DNA of 63,393 bases, filler included, from Syncephalis fuscata S228 (taxonomy: Eukaryota > Fungi > Zoopagomycota): NCBI GenBank assembly GCA_025786725.1. It is 5 parts of 5 records of this genome, joined end to end, with 100 filler letters (N's around TTAATTAATTAA, not from the genome) between each part and the next. Parts side by side here need not be neighbours in the genome. Positions count along the whole stretch, not along the records: positions 1 to 15,789 come from JAHLTZ010000209.1; 4 more parts are not named here. One strand, written 5' to 3'. Below, in pieces: positions 1 through 13,040 of the stretch (position 1 is the first letter of the stretch; every line of letters begins with the position of its first letter). Position numbers and translations under genes: made by a program. The notes under the pieces were generated by a model, which saw nothing but the letters and a program-made list of their open reading frames with translations, made no database searches and was not told where the DNA came from.

Positions 1-1439
1 CACCACCTTATTGTTTAGCGACAACTGCATAGTGTTGCTGCCGATTGTAACTGTGTCGTTGCACAGCATATTATTGACACTAGCGATGTTTACATATATT
101 GTGGCACAAACATCGCCAGTTTAACGTTTTTACAGGTCGGTTTGTATTCCCCTTTCAAAATTATTTTTGACCAGTTGGAGGTAACATCACCGCAAACATA
201 TCGACCGCTAGTCGAGTAATGATCTCAACTGTTGTCTATGATTTTATGGTTTACATATTAGCATATAATTTAAAAGCATAATAAATGTACCTACATGCAA
301 TATTTTGGTATTTACATGGTTATAATTCAGTCGCTCCTCAATTGCTGCATGCTCAAGTGACGGCTCAGCAACAGTTTGCATTAGCCTGGTCAGCCACTAA
401 CCATACACACCAGATGGTGACAATAATACTTGTGTACAGATAAATTAATCAAATTTAAACACTAATTTTTGTATATAACAGTTACCTGACTACTAACAGT
501 GTACATGTTATTGTCATAAGTAACCATTGTTGTTCTGTGGCGCAGCAATGACACTCTGCGAGGCTCGAATGCATTGGATTGTTAGTTATAAATACATGGA
601 TTTAGTATACTAATATGCACAAAATGCAAACAATTAACATTATGTTAATAATATATATAACAAAAACGCGGCTACAATTGCAAACAAAAGTCCAAACCGC
701 TAAGCAGCACTTTATATACAAGTAATAAAAAAGTATACGGCGCAAATCAAAATGCACACAACAAGCAGCAATTATAAAGGCAATATATGTGTATTCTCAA
801 TTACTTGCTTGTTAAAAGATAGTGTTAAACAATAAAACAGCAGTGGGTTTGTTGTAAGCAAAAAGAGAAGCAATTGTATGATGGATAATGTATTGTTTGT
901 GTCGCTACACACAAATTGCTCTATAAAAATTAATATGCTGTGTCAAAGCACTAATAAGACTAATGTATTATGTACAATACCGATATAGCATATATTTATT
1001 AGCATATAGGTAACGTTGGCATTATATGGTGCTACACAGTATTGTTATTACTTGGATGCAAGTATGCCTGTGCAGTATCATGATTAGGTAACATGTGTAA
1101 TCGAGTTTAGGCTGTACATGGTATGACTAATGAATGCTGTTAATAGCTCATTAATCTGTACCATATGGTTGATAGTACTTCAAGCCCCAAATAACGACAA
1201 TGAACGTTAATACCAATTGAACAGGCACGCTTTTAGGCAAATACTAATTGTATTAAATATAGTAGCTATAGTTAATTTGAATATTTATTATTTGCCGTTT
1301 GCTGTTAAATCGAGCTGCTATTATATGCAGCAATGAAAGCAGTTAATTATTATTGTGTTGTAAACGTTGACGATTATGCCACACTATGACAACCACTACT
1401 GATAATCCTATTTTGGTTTGTCTATATTTAGTCCTTATG

Positions 1440-1830
1440 TTTGAGCATTTGTAAAAGTAATGCATAGCTATTTTGAAATAGACAATATATTAATACTGCC
1501 AAATAATGATGGCATTATAAATAATAGTAAAAGAGCTATTGTGTGTGTGTATATAGGGTAACGAGCAAAAGAAACCAGCGGTCGACTGAAAATAGTCTTA
1601 AATATAAAATAGCTGCTATGAGAGATAACTATATGCAATATAATAGCTATGCAATGAGAAGATGCTGTATTTATATAAAACATATGCATAGTGACAGGGA
1701 TGATGAATTTGTAATGGCAAGTATTTTAATGACTGACGTCACCCACCACTCAGTTTTATATCAATAAAATAAATATGATTAATTTATCCATTCAATCCCA
1801 AATCATACTAAATGAATAATAAATTGCTTA
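1440..1830. mobile_element. Degenerate copy of dispersed MITE-like family 1 (one arm)
   Basis: Shares the GTCACCCACCA...TCAATA...AAATCATACTAAATGAATA..AAATTG motifs with the copies at 5.6, 8.5, 13.0, 22.6 and 25.5 kb. Boundaries approximate. Confidence 0.5.
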
Positions 1831-2306
1831 TAGAGGCAAATTATGTAGCGCTAAATGCAATTGAGCAACAGAAAGTGTTATATACTTGCTATTACTATAC
1901 AGTATAGCTTGCCAATTGTTCAAATAAATCAAATATAAATATCGCATAATAATTCTTTGTACTCGTCAATCGATTATATATTTGTACAAAGTAATACAGT
2001 AGTTTCCAGTTGTAAATCTAGTAAACAGTATTAATTGGATGTAAATATTAATATTCATTAATATGTTACTTACAATAAATGATCTATTAATTTAAATCGA
2101 TTAATAGTCCAGAAGTGGTGTTGTATTTTATTGCCTAAATAGTTGTTGTCTAAACATTAGTATTGGTATTAATTTGTAATAAGTGATTGTAAACTGATTT
2201 ATTAGTACAAAGCTTATAAAACAAAATAAAACAAAATGTGATTCGGCAAAAGTGGCTAGCCCATTAAAACGACAAGTGGCTACTGTTCCCAGTCCCTGTC
2301 AAGTTC

Positions 2307-3000
2307 TATAGTTGAACGACAGAGCCCGGTGTACAGTGCCGCTTATCTGTTGGCCCCGCCTTATTACAATGGTATCTAAAGTAGTATTAGTATTGCTTTA
2401 TTTGATTGATACATTTACTTACCGTACTTTATAGGAGTACGCTTTTCCGTCTATGGTAAGGCGGATTTGTGGCCGCCGAATAGCCACTTCTTGAACTGCC
2501 GGCTGTTTCCCCGCCGCATTACTACTTGTACTTGCCTGAACCTGGTCACTGGTGCCGCGCACAACACCGTGACGGCGCGGCTTTGGAGCTGCCATTTTGA
2601 AAGCTGCCCCGTTTTTGCATGCCTTTACCTTTTCAGGTTGACGCTTGCTGGTGTATTCGACACCATCCATTGGCACTGCCTCGTCAGCAGCACCGCTGGG
2701 CGAGCTGTAATGCGAGCCAAAGGTGAAGGCATCGACTGCCTCAACACCATCCATTGGGGCTGTCTCGTAAACACCCCAGTTAAGCAAGTAGTAATGGGTA
2801 GAAAAGCTGAACGTAGGTCCAGCAAAGACTGGTGTTGACAAAGTCCGTATCGATCGCGATACTGACTTTGTCACGCGGGCCTTTTTCAAGACCGTCTTGT
2901 TACCTTGCGCCATATGTGTCTCAGAAAAGGTGCGTTTCTGAACGCGCAAAGGTAAGGTGGCAGCAATTATGCCGCCGCGTGTATGACATGAAGTAGTCAT
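2307..3000 (-). CDS. Hypothetical protein, probably 2 exons, with an internal duplicated PMDGVE motif
   Basis: 193-aa ATG ORF in a GC-richer island. A GTAAGT donor near 2421 and a CTAAT..TTTAG acceptor near 2377 give a short second exon ending in TAG near 2307. No family recognised. Confidence 0.4.
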
Positions 3001-4849
3001 ATTGAACTACTTAAGCTATAGCAAAGCGCACATAACAGATAATCAATACCATGTAGCTAGCATATAAAACTCAAGTGCGAGCGCAGCATAACCAACCAAA
3101 CTATTCAGTTTAATTAGGTAGATGACTTTATGCATGTGCCAAGGATGCAATACGCGGTTGAATAAGTAAACAAGCAAAGCATGCACAGTGCAAAGTGTTA
3201 CGCAACAAAACAACTTGGTGCAGCAGTCATAGCACTATCCATTAATCAGCGCAAACGCAACACTTGCTTACCTTTAATAAACAATTTATAAACAATAACA
3301 ACAAAACTACAGCAATGTAGTAAGTAAGTAAACAGAGTTGTGAAAGGAAATAAACAGAAAGCGTTATAGAACACTACAGATTGATTTTGCGCGGCTTTTT
3401 ACATAGTAAATCGTTACTTAATTATCTTACACTCACATCCAATACTTTGTATTATCGTTTATTGTATTGAGTAGTTGTATACACAACTTGTAGCATCTTC
3501 CTGTACTCATGCAGCTTAATGCAATCTCACTAACCAAAACAGGCCTGCATCGGACATAAATATCAAATGGTCCGTGTACACCTTGCTAAACCGGTAAATA
3601 GTCCGATAAACTGGATGGCGTGATCACAACAACAAATAGACAAAGCACGTGGTCTTGTGTTTACTTTTCATAAATACGCCACCATCATGACTATCGCATA
3701 TTAATAACGCGTGTACACGGCTCAAGCAATAGCAAATCATTTACACAATACATGTAGCTGTAATAACATATAATGGTGTTTATTCAAGTCACTTGTATAT
3801 ATTCTAATATTCATAACATACAGTGTATTTCTATTTATACAATTGCTTCGTTACTTATTTGATTGATTTATATTCTAGTATATCTGTATACTTTTAACAC
3901 CATAAACAATGCCAATGCTTTATACAGCACGTTTATATTGAAACTTGGTTTAAAGGTGGTTTGTTGGTAAGTGAGTTGTAATTACCGTAGTTTTGTTACT
4001 GATGCAGATACATATAATTTAGCTTATTGTAGCCAGTTCACTACTACAACAGTTTGTAATAGCTTGTTGTTTTACATTATAAATAGCTGATGGTTTCTGC
4101 TATATGTAAAATACATGCATGGATGTGTATATCAGTGTACTCGGTAGGTATGGTTGTAGTTTACTAGACATACTAGACACAGTATTGCACAAGTACTTGG
4201 CAGAATACGACAAATAGTAATGTATATATATATCTAATTGTACACGTAGCTATACTCGGCAACATTATAAGTAAAAGTGCGACCGCTTCAAGTGCTGCAG
4301 CATAAATTACAAGTTGTCTGGCGATCAGTAATCTATTGCGCACTAAGGACTTAGCTGTTTGAACGCGTTGACATCCGTATCGGTTGATACTATGCCAAAA
4401 CATTCAGCTTGCTTACTAATCTCAAATGCCCAAGCATATCTATAATTTACTGACATTGTATTCTAAACAACATATGCTTGTTACGCTATGTATACTGTAG
4501 TAGTATGCAAATTGCGCTTAACTGTCGCTGTAATGTAGTAGAATCAATAATCAACGTGCGTCATAACTATTATTATCACCGATTCTATTGCTACTGTGTC
4601 TGTGCTTTATTATTATGCTTGAATAGCTATAAAACACTGTGATTACTTTTCAATAAACAATATAGGATAATTATAATACTTATATATATGCTACATCCTT
4701 GGCCAACACTCATCCTGCAATAGCTAGATTTACTTTAAATAATACATGATCTTGATAAAGTTACTATGCATACACTCAATAAGCAATAGAAGCAGTAGGA
4801 GTTGAATTTTTAACAAATACAGCTAGCGACAAGCAAGCAACTTTTACCA

Positions 4850-5700
4850 ATAATGCTAGCTATTAGACTATGCAACGATATAAGACAAAAACAAAACAAA
4901 ACAAATGTGTGTAAATAGTAGTATTAACATTATAGTGTATATATATGCATGAACAAATGAGCGAGATAAACAAAAACCATAATGAGCAGAGCTAACGCCG
5001 GACGGCAAAACAGTTCCAAATAAACTGCAATTACTATATACTAGAATTACATATAATAGAATGAATATACAAAGGAAAGGCATGAGTGATAGCGGTGAAA
5101 CTATAGCGCATATAGCTCAATAATCCAACTGAATTAGAATTTGTAAACAATAAAACTATTGACAAATAGACGACAGTTTTGAGTATATATTAGGTGCTAT
5201 ATAATGGAATGCATTATAATAGAATGAATATAAACAGAGAGGCGTGAGTAATGGCATTGAAGCTATAGTGCTATAGTTCAATAAGCCAACGAGCCAATAA
5301 GCGCGATAGGTTAAGTATTACTATTAATGACGCTAGAGTCAAATGAATACCGGCTTTAAGCAGCTTGCAACTTGTTTATATAGAATAGGATATACCAGAA
5401 TAGATATAAAATATAGAGTATGCAAAACGGTGTCAAAGTTATAGTGCATATAACACAACGAGTAGACTGAGTGAAGTGTGTTGAAACATATAAACAATAG
5501 AATGTGTCTAGTATATCATAGAATGATATATAATAGTATTGGATAATAAATCTATGATGATGAGTATTTGATAATTGACATCACTCACCGCCCATCATCA
5601 TGTTCAATAAAGCAATTGTTTAGTTCAACTGCATGGATGCATCAAATTTAATCGTTTGCTTTCAAAGCACATTCAATGACTTAATGGGTTGTTTATTATC
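4850..5700. mobile_element. Dispersed MITE-like family 1 copy
   Basis: AGAATGTGTCTAGTATATCATAGAATGATATA, GGATAATAAATCTATGATGA and CACTCACC..CATGTTCAATA are shared with other copies. Boundaries approximate. Confidence 0.55.
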
Positions 5701-5812
5701 AGTGCAATAACAATAGCAGAAACAACTAGTACTATTATTAAATGGGAAGATGTCTGTATTTATATGAACGCAACTAATAGTAGTATGTTAATAAATAAGA
5801 AATGCTACATTT

Positions 5813-6116
5813 GAATTTGAATTTATTAGCTTAAGTGAGACAACGGTCCGTAGGACCTAACCGCGCATTTGCAGCATTTGTCTGCCACCCCTAGGAGAAT
5901 AGACGGTTCATTTCGAACCTATCCGCGCGCAACGCAGAACCTGCCATCTACAACTGAAACCGTTGGTGGCTCTCCTCACGTGTTGGAATATCGACCATTT
6001 CTTCTACGGAAGGATCCCATCACGCATTTCCTGAAAACAAGATTCGAACTAGGCGAACCAACATTTTCCTACTTTAGGGAAGACGCGTTGACCGTTTAGG
6101 CCACCACGCCTCCCCC
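5813..6116 (-). mobile_element. tRNA-derived SINE (~304 bp) with a 20-bp target-site duplication
   Basis: AAATAAGAAATGCTACATTT is repeated at 5793-5812 and 6117-6136. The minus-strand head has an A box TGGCCTAAACGG (6092-6103) and a B box GTTCGAATC (~6041-6049). The 3' tail is AAATTCAAATTCAAA. The body is GC-rich in an AT-rich context. Confidence 0.85.
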
Positions 6117-8019
6117 AAATAAGAAATGCTACATTTATTTATTTAAAGAAATGCATAAATAATGATAGACTAGTACAAACCGGATGACTGTACAGCATAT
6201 TGTGGCCCTGTTCTTGCCAAATCTAAATATCGCTTAAATCTATATCTATTGAAGAGGGTCAGTAAACGAGATGAGCCACATGTGCCAATGATGTTTGCTG
6301 CTTGACTACACCGCAATAAGTAGTGGTTGTCCAAACAACATTTGCTCTGCACCATCAGATATCAGATATCTTCAAGCGCAAACCTTATGTCGCCTCAACA
6401 GCCAGATACTCAGCAAGGCAACCTCGCAAACAAACACACGGTAAGCGTACCAATGTTACTATACAAAAGACCAATCAACTATGTGCAGACAAGCGCCTTC
6501 TACAGCATGCTGGGGTACACACTGCGTGATATATAGCTTCTAGAACACTGCATATCCAGTGCTTCATAGCCAAAAGGCACAACTGCATCGCACCTCCCAC
6601 GCCCGTTTACCGACCTTAGTACATATAGCAGCAACCAGCAGTGATCTTGTAATCATTAGACGGCTAGCAAGTGCAAAGCATATTGGACAACAAATGGCAG
6701 TAAGGGCGAATGAGTGTAGTGTATATCGAGTGGTAAAGAGTAGAAAGAGAAGATAAAGGTGCAGTGTTGGTTTGGAGGAGCGGTAAAGCCAGCTTATGTA
6801 TTGTGATAGTTGTGGAAAATGTCGTAATAAAACATGAGTCGTCTAAAACCGTCTATGACCAATGTACTACGCAATTGCTCTTAGTCTTCCGTATAAGCAG
6901 CTACAACCATTCCAGTAGAATCTTCAGTACATGTAACTATTAGTGTAATATGTAGTAAACCGTGTGTTTTCTTGTACACTTATTGCAAAAGAGTCTTTAT
7001 TGCTGTCATTATATTGTCTGAACATTAATATTGGCAAGCTCTTTACAACGCGATAAGCTGATGGATTAAATCTAGATTACACGGCTTAACCGACTAAGCG
7101 TAAAAATGATCTATGCTAAACTTTACATGTAACATAGCAAGTAAATCTGTCTATTTGGCAATATCAGCTATGGCTTTATTTCAAACAATGCCGATCATTT
7201 AGGCGGCACGCAAAGCAGCTAAATGGGACCAGTTTCAAGCTTGTAGCTACAGTAAATACCAATGGCTTATATGTTGAATACTAATGCAATCCATCTAATA
7301 AAATCTTTAAAGCAAATTGTTTTTGGCCAAGTCTATTATTGCTTTTAACTGTGTCGAATAGAGTAGCCAGCACTGTCTACGGCCACATGGTAAATATATG
7401 TACACTTTGTCCTTATGCTCAAGCAGCTATAGCGCAATACATGATTACCCTGCAATAAGCTATACGACACTTTTAAAGCACGTATACATAACACCCATAG
7501 CGAATATCTATTTTGTAATAACAAGCTTTATTTGGTATAATAGCTTATACCAGTTCATCGCTGGCCCGTTCGATACCATTGCAACATATCAGCACTGGAA
7601 AACAGCAAAAAGAGCACTAGCAGTGTAAGAAGGCTATTCTACTTGCGCGTTTGTGTGCAAAGAGTAAAAGAAGTGCTCAGAGCTAAATTTTGCAACAAAC
7701 AGCTAACAAGAAACGTATAGCTTCTGCAAATAAAGCATAGCCATTAAGCATACAATAATATGGAGCAAATAAAATACCAAAAGTAATTGTGTGAGTAGCA
7801 GCATTAAGCTATAGTGCGCCTTGAGAAGGAATGACTAAGCGGAACGAGTCAAACTTGTCAATATTAAAGCTGGCGTCAAGCTGGCAGTAGTTATTGATGG
7901 CGCATAGTAACTGTACGGTAAAATAGCATAACAGCTATCAGCTATGCTAGTTAAAAGACAACTAGCTTTGTTAAAGCTATCGAGCATATATGCATGAGCA
8001 GATAAGCAACTTGCGTGAA

Positions 8020-8550
8020 CTTTTCTAATAATGGTGCTAGAACCAAACAGACAACGGTAATAGCTAGCGCGTATTTACTGGATAATAAAACGAATATACA
8101 AAGTAAAAAGTATGGACAGCAGTGGTATAGCTACTGAGCATATATGCATGATCAATGAGCGACATTAGTCGACAGTTGTTAATAATAACGCTAGAACAAA
8201 AATAAAACCAGTTTTGGATTGAGCATAGATGGGCGAGTGTAAAATGACATATAAACGATGTCAAACTATAGTGCATATAACGCAAGGAGGGAATGAGTAG
8301 AGTGTGCTGGTGTGCTTAATGAACAGAATGTGTCCAGTATGTCGTAGAATGATACATAGAAGTGCGGAATAAAAGGGAGTGGTGTAGGTAGATAGAGATA
8401 TATGCATACTGGATAATAAATCTATAATGACAAGTGTTTTAAACTTTGATGTCGCTCACCACCCAGCTCCATGTTCAATAGATTGGTTGTTATTAGATGT
8501 TAGTCATTTGACCCTTAAATCACACTAAATAGTCAGTAAATTGTTAATAT
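8020..8550. mobile_element. Dispersed MITE-like family 1 copy
   Basis: TATGCATACTGGATAATAAATCTA, GCTCACCACCCAGCTCCATGTTCAATAGATTGG and GTCATTTGACCCTTAAATCACACTAAAT match other copies. Confidence 0.6.
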
Positions 8551-8688
8551 AAGGAGTACATAACAACGTTAAATGCCACACACAATATGCTATGTGATTA
8601 ACATAGTTTATTTAACTTAATAAACGTATAATAAGGTCCACAAGCTCATAACAATTAATAAAAAATAAACAAAATAATATAGAAAGTA

Positions 8689-10478
8689 TTAGGCATTAAA
8701 AGAAACTGGAGGGAGAGGCCAGTCTTCGTCATCAATGTACACATCATTCATTTCCATAGCAAGTGGGCTCATTGGAAGATCATAGGCAGCCTCGTCGAGT
8801 GTGGATGGCTGTGCATTATCTTTGGTGGCAGTCCGTTGACGATCGTTAGCAATCACTTTGCTAATGATTGACTGTGTGGCAATCATTGCTTCAGCCGTAA
8901 TGGTCATTTGCAGTGGATGATCTCGAGTCGAAGCTGTTGTAGTGTCTCGTTTAGTTTCGTCTAATCATTACATTACAACAATTAGTATTTACTAAACAAA
9001 ATAACAAATGTTATTACCGAAAACATCTTTTACAAATGTTGCTTTAACCGGTGAAATAGAACTGGAAGCACATGTGGATGTTGAATTTATATGACGATGT
9101 TTCGGTATCCATTTCTTATTCGTTGATAGGCTGTCGGATGGTTGCAATGTTGACACTATTGATTTTGGCAATTGTAATTGTTGCCAGCTTTCAGCCAAGT
9201 TAAATTCATATTCATCTGTTATTTTTTGGTGTTTATGCGATAGGCCAGCATCACTACGCGAGTGCTGGTGATGTGGCCGGTGTGGACGTTCTCTTAGTCG
9301 TTGCGCGTTAGAGCGGGCGATGAAGGCATCGATTTTGTCGTTAGCTTCCCGCCCTTTTCTAATGGTAAAGATGAATCATCTGGTGCGTCATACAATAAGG
9401 GCACCGATGAAGGCGGCTGTCGAGTGGACGACCACAAGTGAGTACCGGTTACAAATGAACCCACTTGTGTAGTTAATGTGCCAGCAATCGAAGGAGAGCG
9501 GCGCGTGCGCAAACTTGCTACACCATCCATGCTTGATGCCACCACAGTCAAAGCCGTCAAGCTACTGGATGTTCTTGTAGCTGATTTTGGTAAAACGACT
9601 GAAGTGGCAGTCGATGTGCCAATTGATTTAAACGACTGTGGCGATAATTGCCACTGCGAACTCGATTGACGTGCTGAGCTTGACAGCAGCAAGGATGATG
9701 TGGTAACGGTAGATGAGGACTCTTGCCAAATGCCACCATTAGCCATAATGTTTCTAACTTGTGGTTTATCTGTACGTTGATATGGCAACGGTCCATAATC
9801 AGGACGCGATAACTCAAGACTGGCCGCGCCACGACCACCAATACTGTTTGAATGAACTCTATTAATATGAGTAATCAAAGTAGGTGATTGAAGTGCGCTA
9901 TCCATTTCGCCATCTTGTCCATGTATTGAATCATCTGGCGGATTTGTCGTTGCAGTGGAATTGGTTCGTTTACAAAAAAGTCTATTTAAAGGAAGTTGAG
10001 TCAGTTTGCGTGTACGATCGCGTAACTTCATCGAAAGGCTAGATTTGGCATATTTAGGCATTTTGTAGATATTGTGCTCCCGTTGTATGGGCGACGCAAT
10101 CACATCAGCGCTGTGACGAGAAGAAATGGCCGTCATTTTATCACTACCATGGTCGATAAGTAGTACAAGATTGTCGGGACGTGAAAAAGAGGGACGTTGA
10201 GAAGCATTGACAGCCGGAGAAGAACGTGACGAAAAAAATGAAGACGAAGACGAAGAGGTCGACTCTACGTAGCCGGTATAGTTTGAATAATTAGTTAGAT
10301 TGGTTTTAACTGAAATGACTGGACAGCCGGTATAATCACGATTATTAACATCATCTATACGAGGTTTTATCACTTTGGGATTCATTGATGTATCGGTATT
10401 AGCACTACCGAACTGTCGGTGGCGTCTATCACGATGACTATGACCGAAGCGAGGCCAGCGATTCAAGACAGTAGGCAT
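8689..10478 (-). CDS. Ser/Thr-rich, probably disordered hypothetical protein (multi-exon and/or frameshifted)
   Basis: A 394-aa ATG ORF (9294-10478) is followed by same-strand ORFs at 8992-9198 and 8689-8907 with coding-like composition. Junctions are unresolved and no family is recognised. Confidence 0.55.
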
Positions 10479-11229
10479 AGTGCTAGAATGAACGATATGA
10501 TCGATAGAGTAGCCAATAACAGGTTAAAATAGGCCAGCAAAACAAGCTGTATTAAGAGGCCCTTGCGTTTGAAATAAAGGTAAGTGCAAATGATGGTGGT
10601 AAATGTGATATATCAATGCGCAGCAAGAAAATAAGATCAAAAAGTCGTAGTAGTATAATGAAAAGAGAAGTAAAGATGGCCAAGAAAAGTACTAACGAGA
10701 CCTGCTCGAAGGCAATAATGAATTAAATCCCAATAAGGATAAGTTAACGAAAGAAGAAATCGGAGTATGCCTATTTAATGATATTCGAAAAAGCCAGCAA
10801 AAAAGCTCAAAATAGCAGTAATTTATTTAAAAAGTGACATTAAATGGTTGTAAAGCAAATGAAGACAATAAACGAATAATTACTGATAAGACATAGACTG
10901 CGTGTGTGTATTCCATGATACTCCATTTAAACTGCGCAACAAAGCATTTATTTCTGGTGTTACGGCTGCCTTGTCTATAATGGAATGTATATAAAAGGCA
11001 ACGGAGATGAGAGTAACGCGGGAAGTTCCGACTATGTCTTATTAGTCAAGCCATGCACGCTTATGCACGTATCCATTCATCCATCCATCTATACACATCA
11101 AGCCGTTAAACACAAACATAAAGACATATATACACACAGAATTAGAAAGCAATAATAAAAGAAATCAAACAAATATTGGTTGTCTCGTCTTTTGTTGGAC
11201 GATAAGAATAGAGTTAGGCTAAAAAACAA

Positions 11230-12085
11230 TTATGAGCTACAGGCTTCACGTGATGTGCACACGGCAATGGGACCTTCAGCTTTGACGGCCGTATCGAAAT
11301 CCTCTGTGGCCAGCTTTTGACCAGATGCATTTTCACAGGCCCGTATAATGTTCTCGAGTGAAGCGATATCGCCAAATTGGCTTTCTACATGTTCGTATTC
11401 AATACCGGCATCTCCAGGCTTTACTACATAAAGACCGCCTAGAATACGGCCTTCTCCTTTCAGGTTGCCGGATACCTCTGTATAAACTTGTTAGCTAAAC
11501 AGACTCACTGCGAACAATACAAATCGTGCTACTTACTTCGGCCTTTGTTACGCTGGTAAATTGACCAGAAAGATGGCTTCAAAAAGGTGGATAGACCGCC
11601 CCAGCGCAATTTACCACCACTAGATTGTAACAATAATATTAGTATACGGTATAGCAGCCTAACGATGATACTTGCCCAGTAGCCTTGTAGAATCCTTTAC
11701 TTTCATCAATAAAGACGTCGTTGGGGTGCGGGAAGTATTCTTTAATGAACTCTTCAACACCTGGACGTTCGTGGAATACTACGTAGATTCGAGTGTTCTA
11801 GTGTAAAGTGTCATCGATGAATGTGTTATTATGAGTATGCCTTAACGATCGATTATTATTTACCAGTTTATCTTCGATAGTAGCACGACGCTCGTCAATC
11901 AGTGCGGCTTCCTCGCGACAAAACGTGCAGCCTGGTCGACGAGCAATTTGCAACAAGGCTGGCTGGTTTTGCCATAGTGTGGGTGCTGCAATCTGTGAGT
12001 TGTCCGAGAATCGTGTCAAGGTAATGCCGCGCAGTTGTTCATAGGTTGCTTTAAAAGCAGTTGAAGAAGTTTTAGCTGCTGCCAT
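11230..12085 (-). CDS. Peroxiredoxin-like 2 (PRXL2/FAM213/SelU family, AhpC-TSA_2) redoxin, multi-exon
   Basis: RRPGCTFCREEA CxxC motif. The last exon reads NLKGEGRILGGLYVVKPGDAGIEYEHVESQFGD...VCTSREACSS with TAA at 11230-11232. Short GT-AG introns. Confidence 0.85.
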
Positions 12086-12789
12086 TGTAGATTTGCAGAA
12101 TAGAGCAAAAGATAAGCGAGAAATAGAAAGCAGAGAGAGAGAAAGAGTAGAAAGTAAATAAGCAGGAGCGTAAAACGTATACTACTTGGTTTGACAGCAG
12201 CGGTTCTGTCCAGATTAAATACTCATCTAGATGGATCGCGAGGTGTAAGACCTGATGACGCCATCGATGGAACATGGTTCATTTTTCTCCGCCAATAGCA
12301 TCATCAGATAAAAGAGATGTAATTGCCGAAGATACCGTCATATCGGCATTAGACAATGAAAATTGCTGAAAAAAATATCTTTTTTTAACTATTGACCACT
12401 ATAAACGTATTGACCAGTCATTGTGTGACAGGTGGTATGCTGGTGTAATTTAAAAAAGATTGGCGGCATAGGTGGATGCTGAGTTCCATGCCGAGGTCAT
12501 CATTACTAATACAGGTCCTAAACACGACTGACTGAGCAATAAAGCGGCGCATTTCGGCCCGATATTCTTGGCACAAATCCTCTTGCGGGTTGGATAGAAA
12601 TAATCAATTCTAAATAGCATTAATGGCTCGCAGATAACAGATGCTTATTCTATTTGCTTCAAAGTGGCTAAAGTATGAAATAAAGTAGACAGTCAAAGAA
12701 GTAGATGTATTAATGATAAATTAGGTATGTATGTATATATGTATATGTTTAAGTGAGCCGATCTAAAATCCACAAAGAATATAGCTAGT

Positions 12790-13040
12790 AACACAAATGC
12801 AGCTTTTATCAATAAAGCATGGCTAATAAAACATAGAATATCATAAAATAAAAGCTAGTTAGTATATGATCGAATGGTATATGCGTAGTACCTGTATGCA
12901 TACTAAATACTAAATCTATGATGACGAGTATTTTAATGGCTAATGCCATCCACCACACAGTTTCATGCTCAATAGATTGGATGTTGTTAAATTTAGCCAT
13001 TTATCTTTCAAATCATACTAGATCATTAGCAAATTGTTTA
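12790..13040. mobile_element. Dispersed MITE-like family 1 fragment
   Basis: AAATCTATGATGACGAGTATTT..CATGCTCAATAGATTGGATGTTG..AAATCATACTA matches the family arm. Confidence 0.55.

Noticed and set aside
6035-6112. tRNA gene on the minus strand
   Set aside because: A and B boxes are present but the acceptor and T stems do not close. The TSD and tail identify it as a SINE head.
11230-12085. Selenoprotein U with UGA recoding
   Set aside because: The active site is encoded as CTFC with normal Cys codons and no in-frame TGA was seen.
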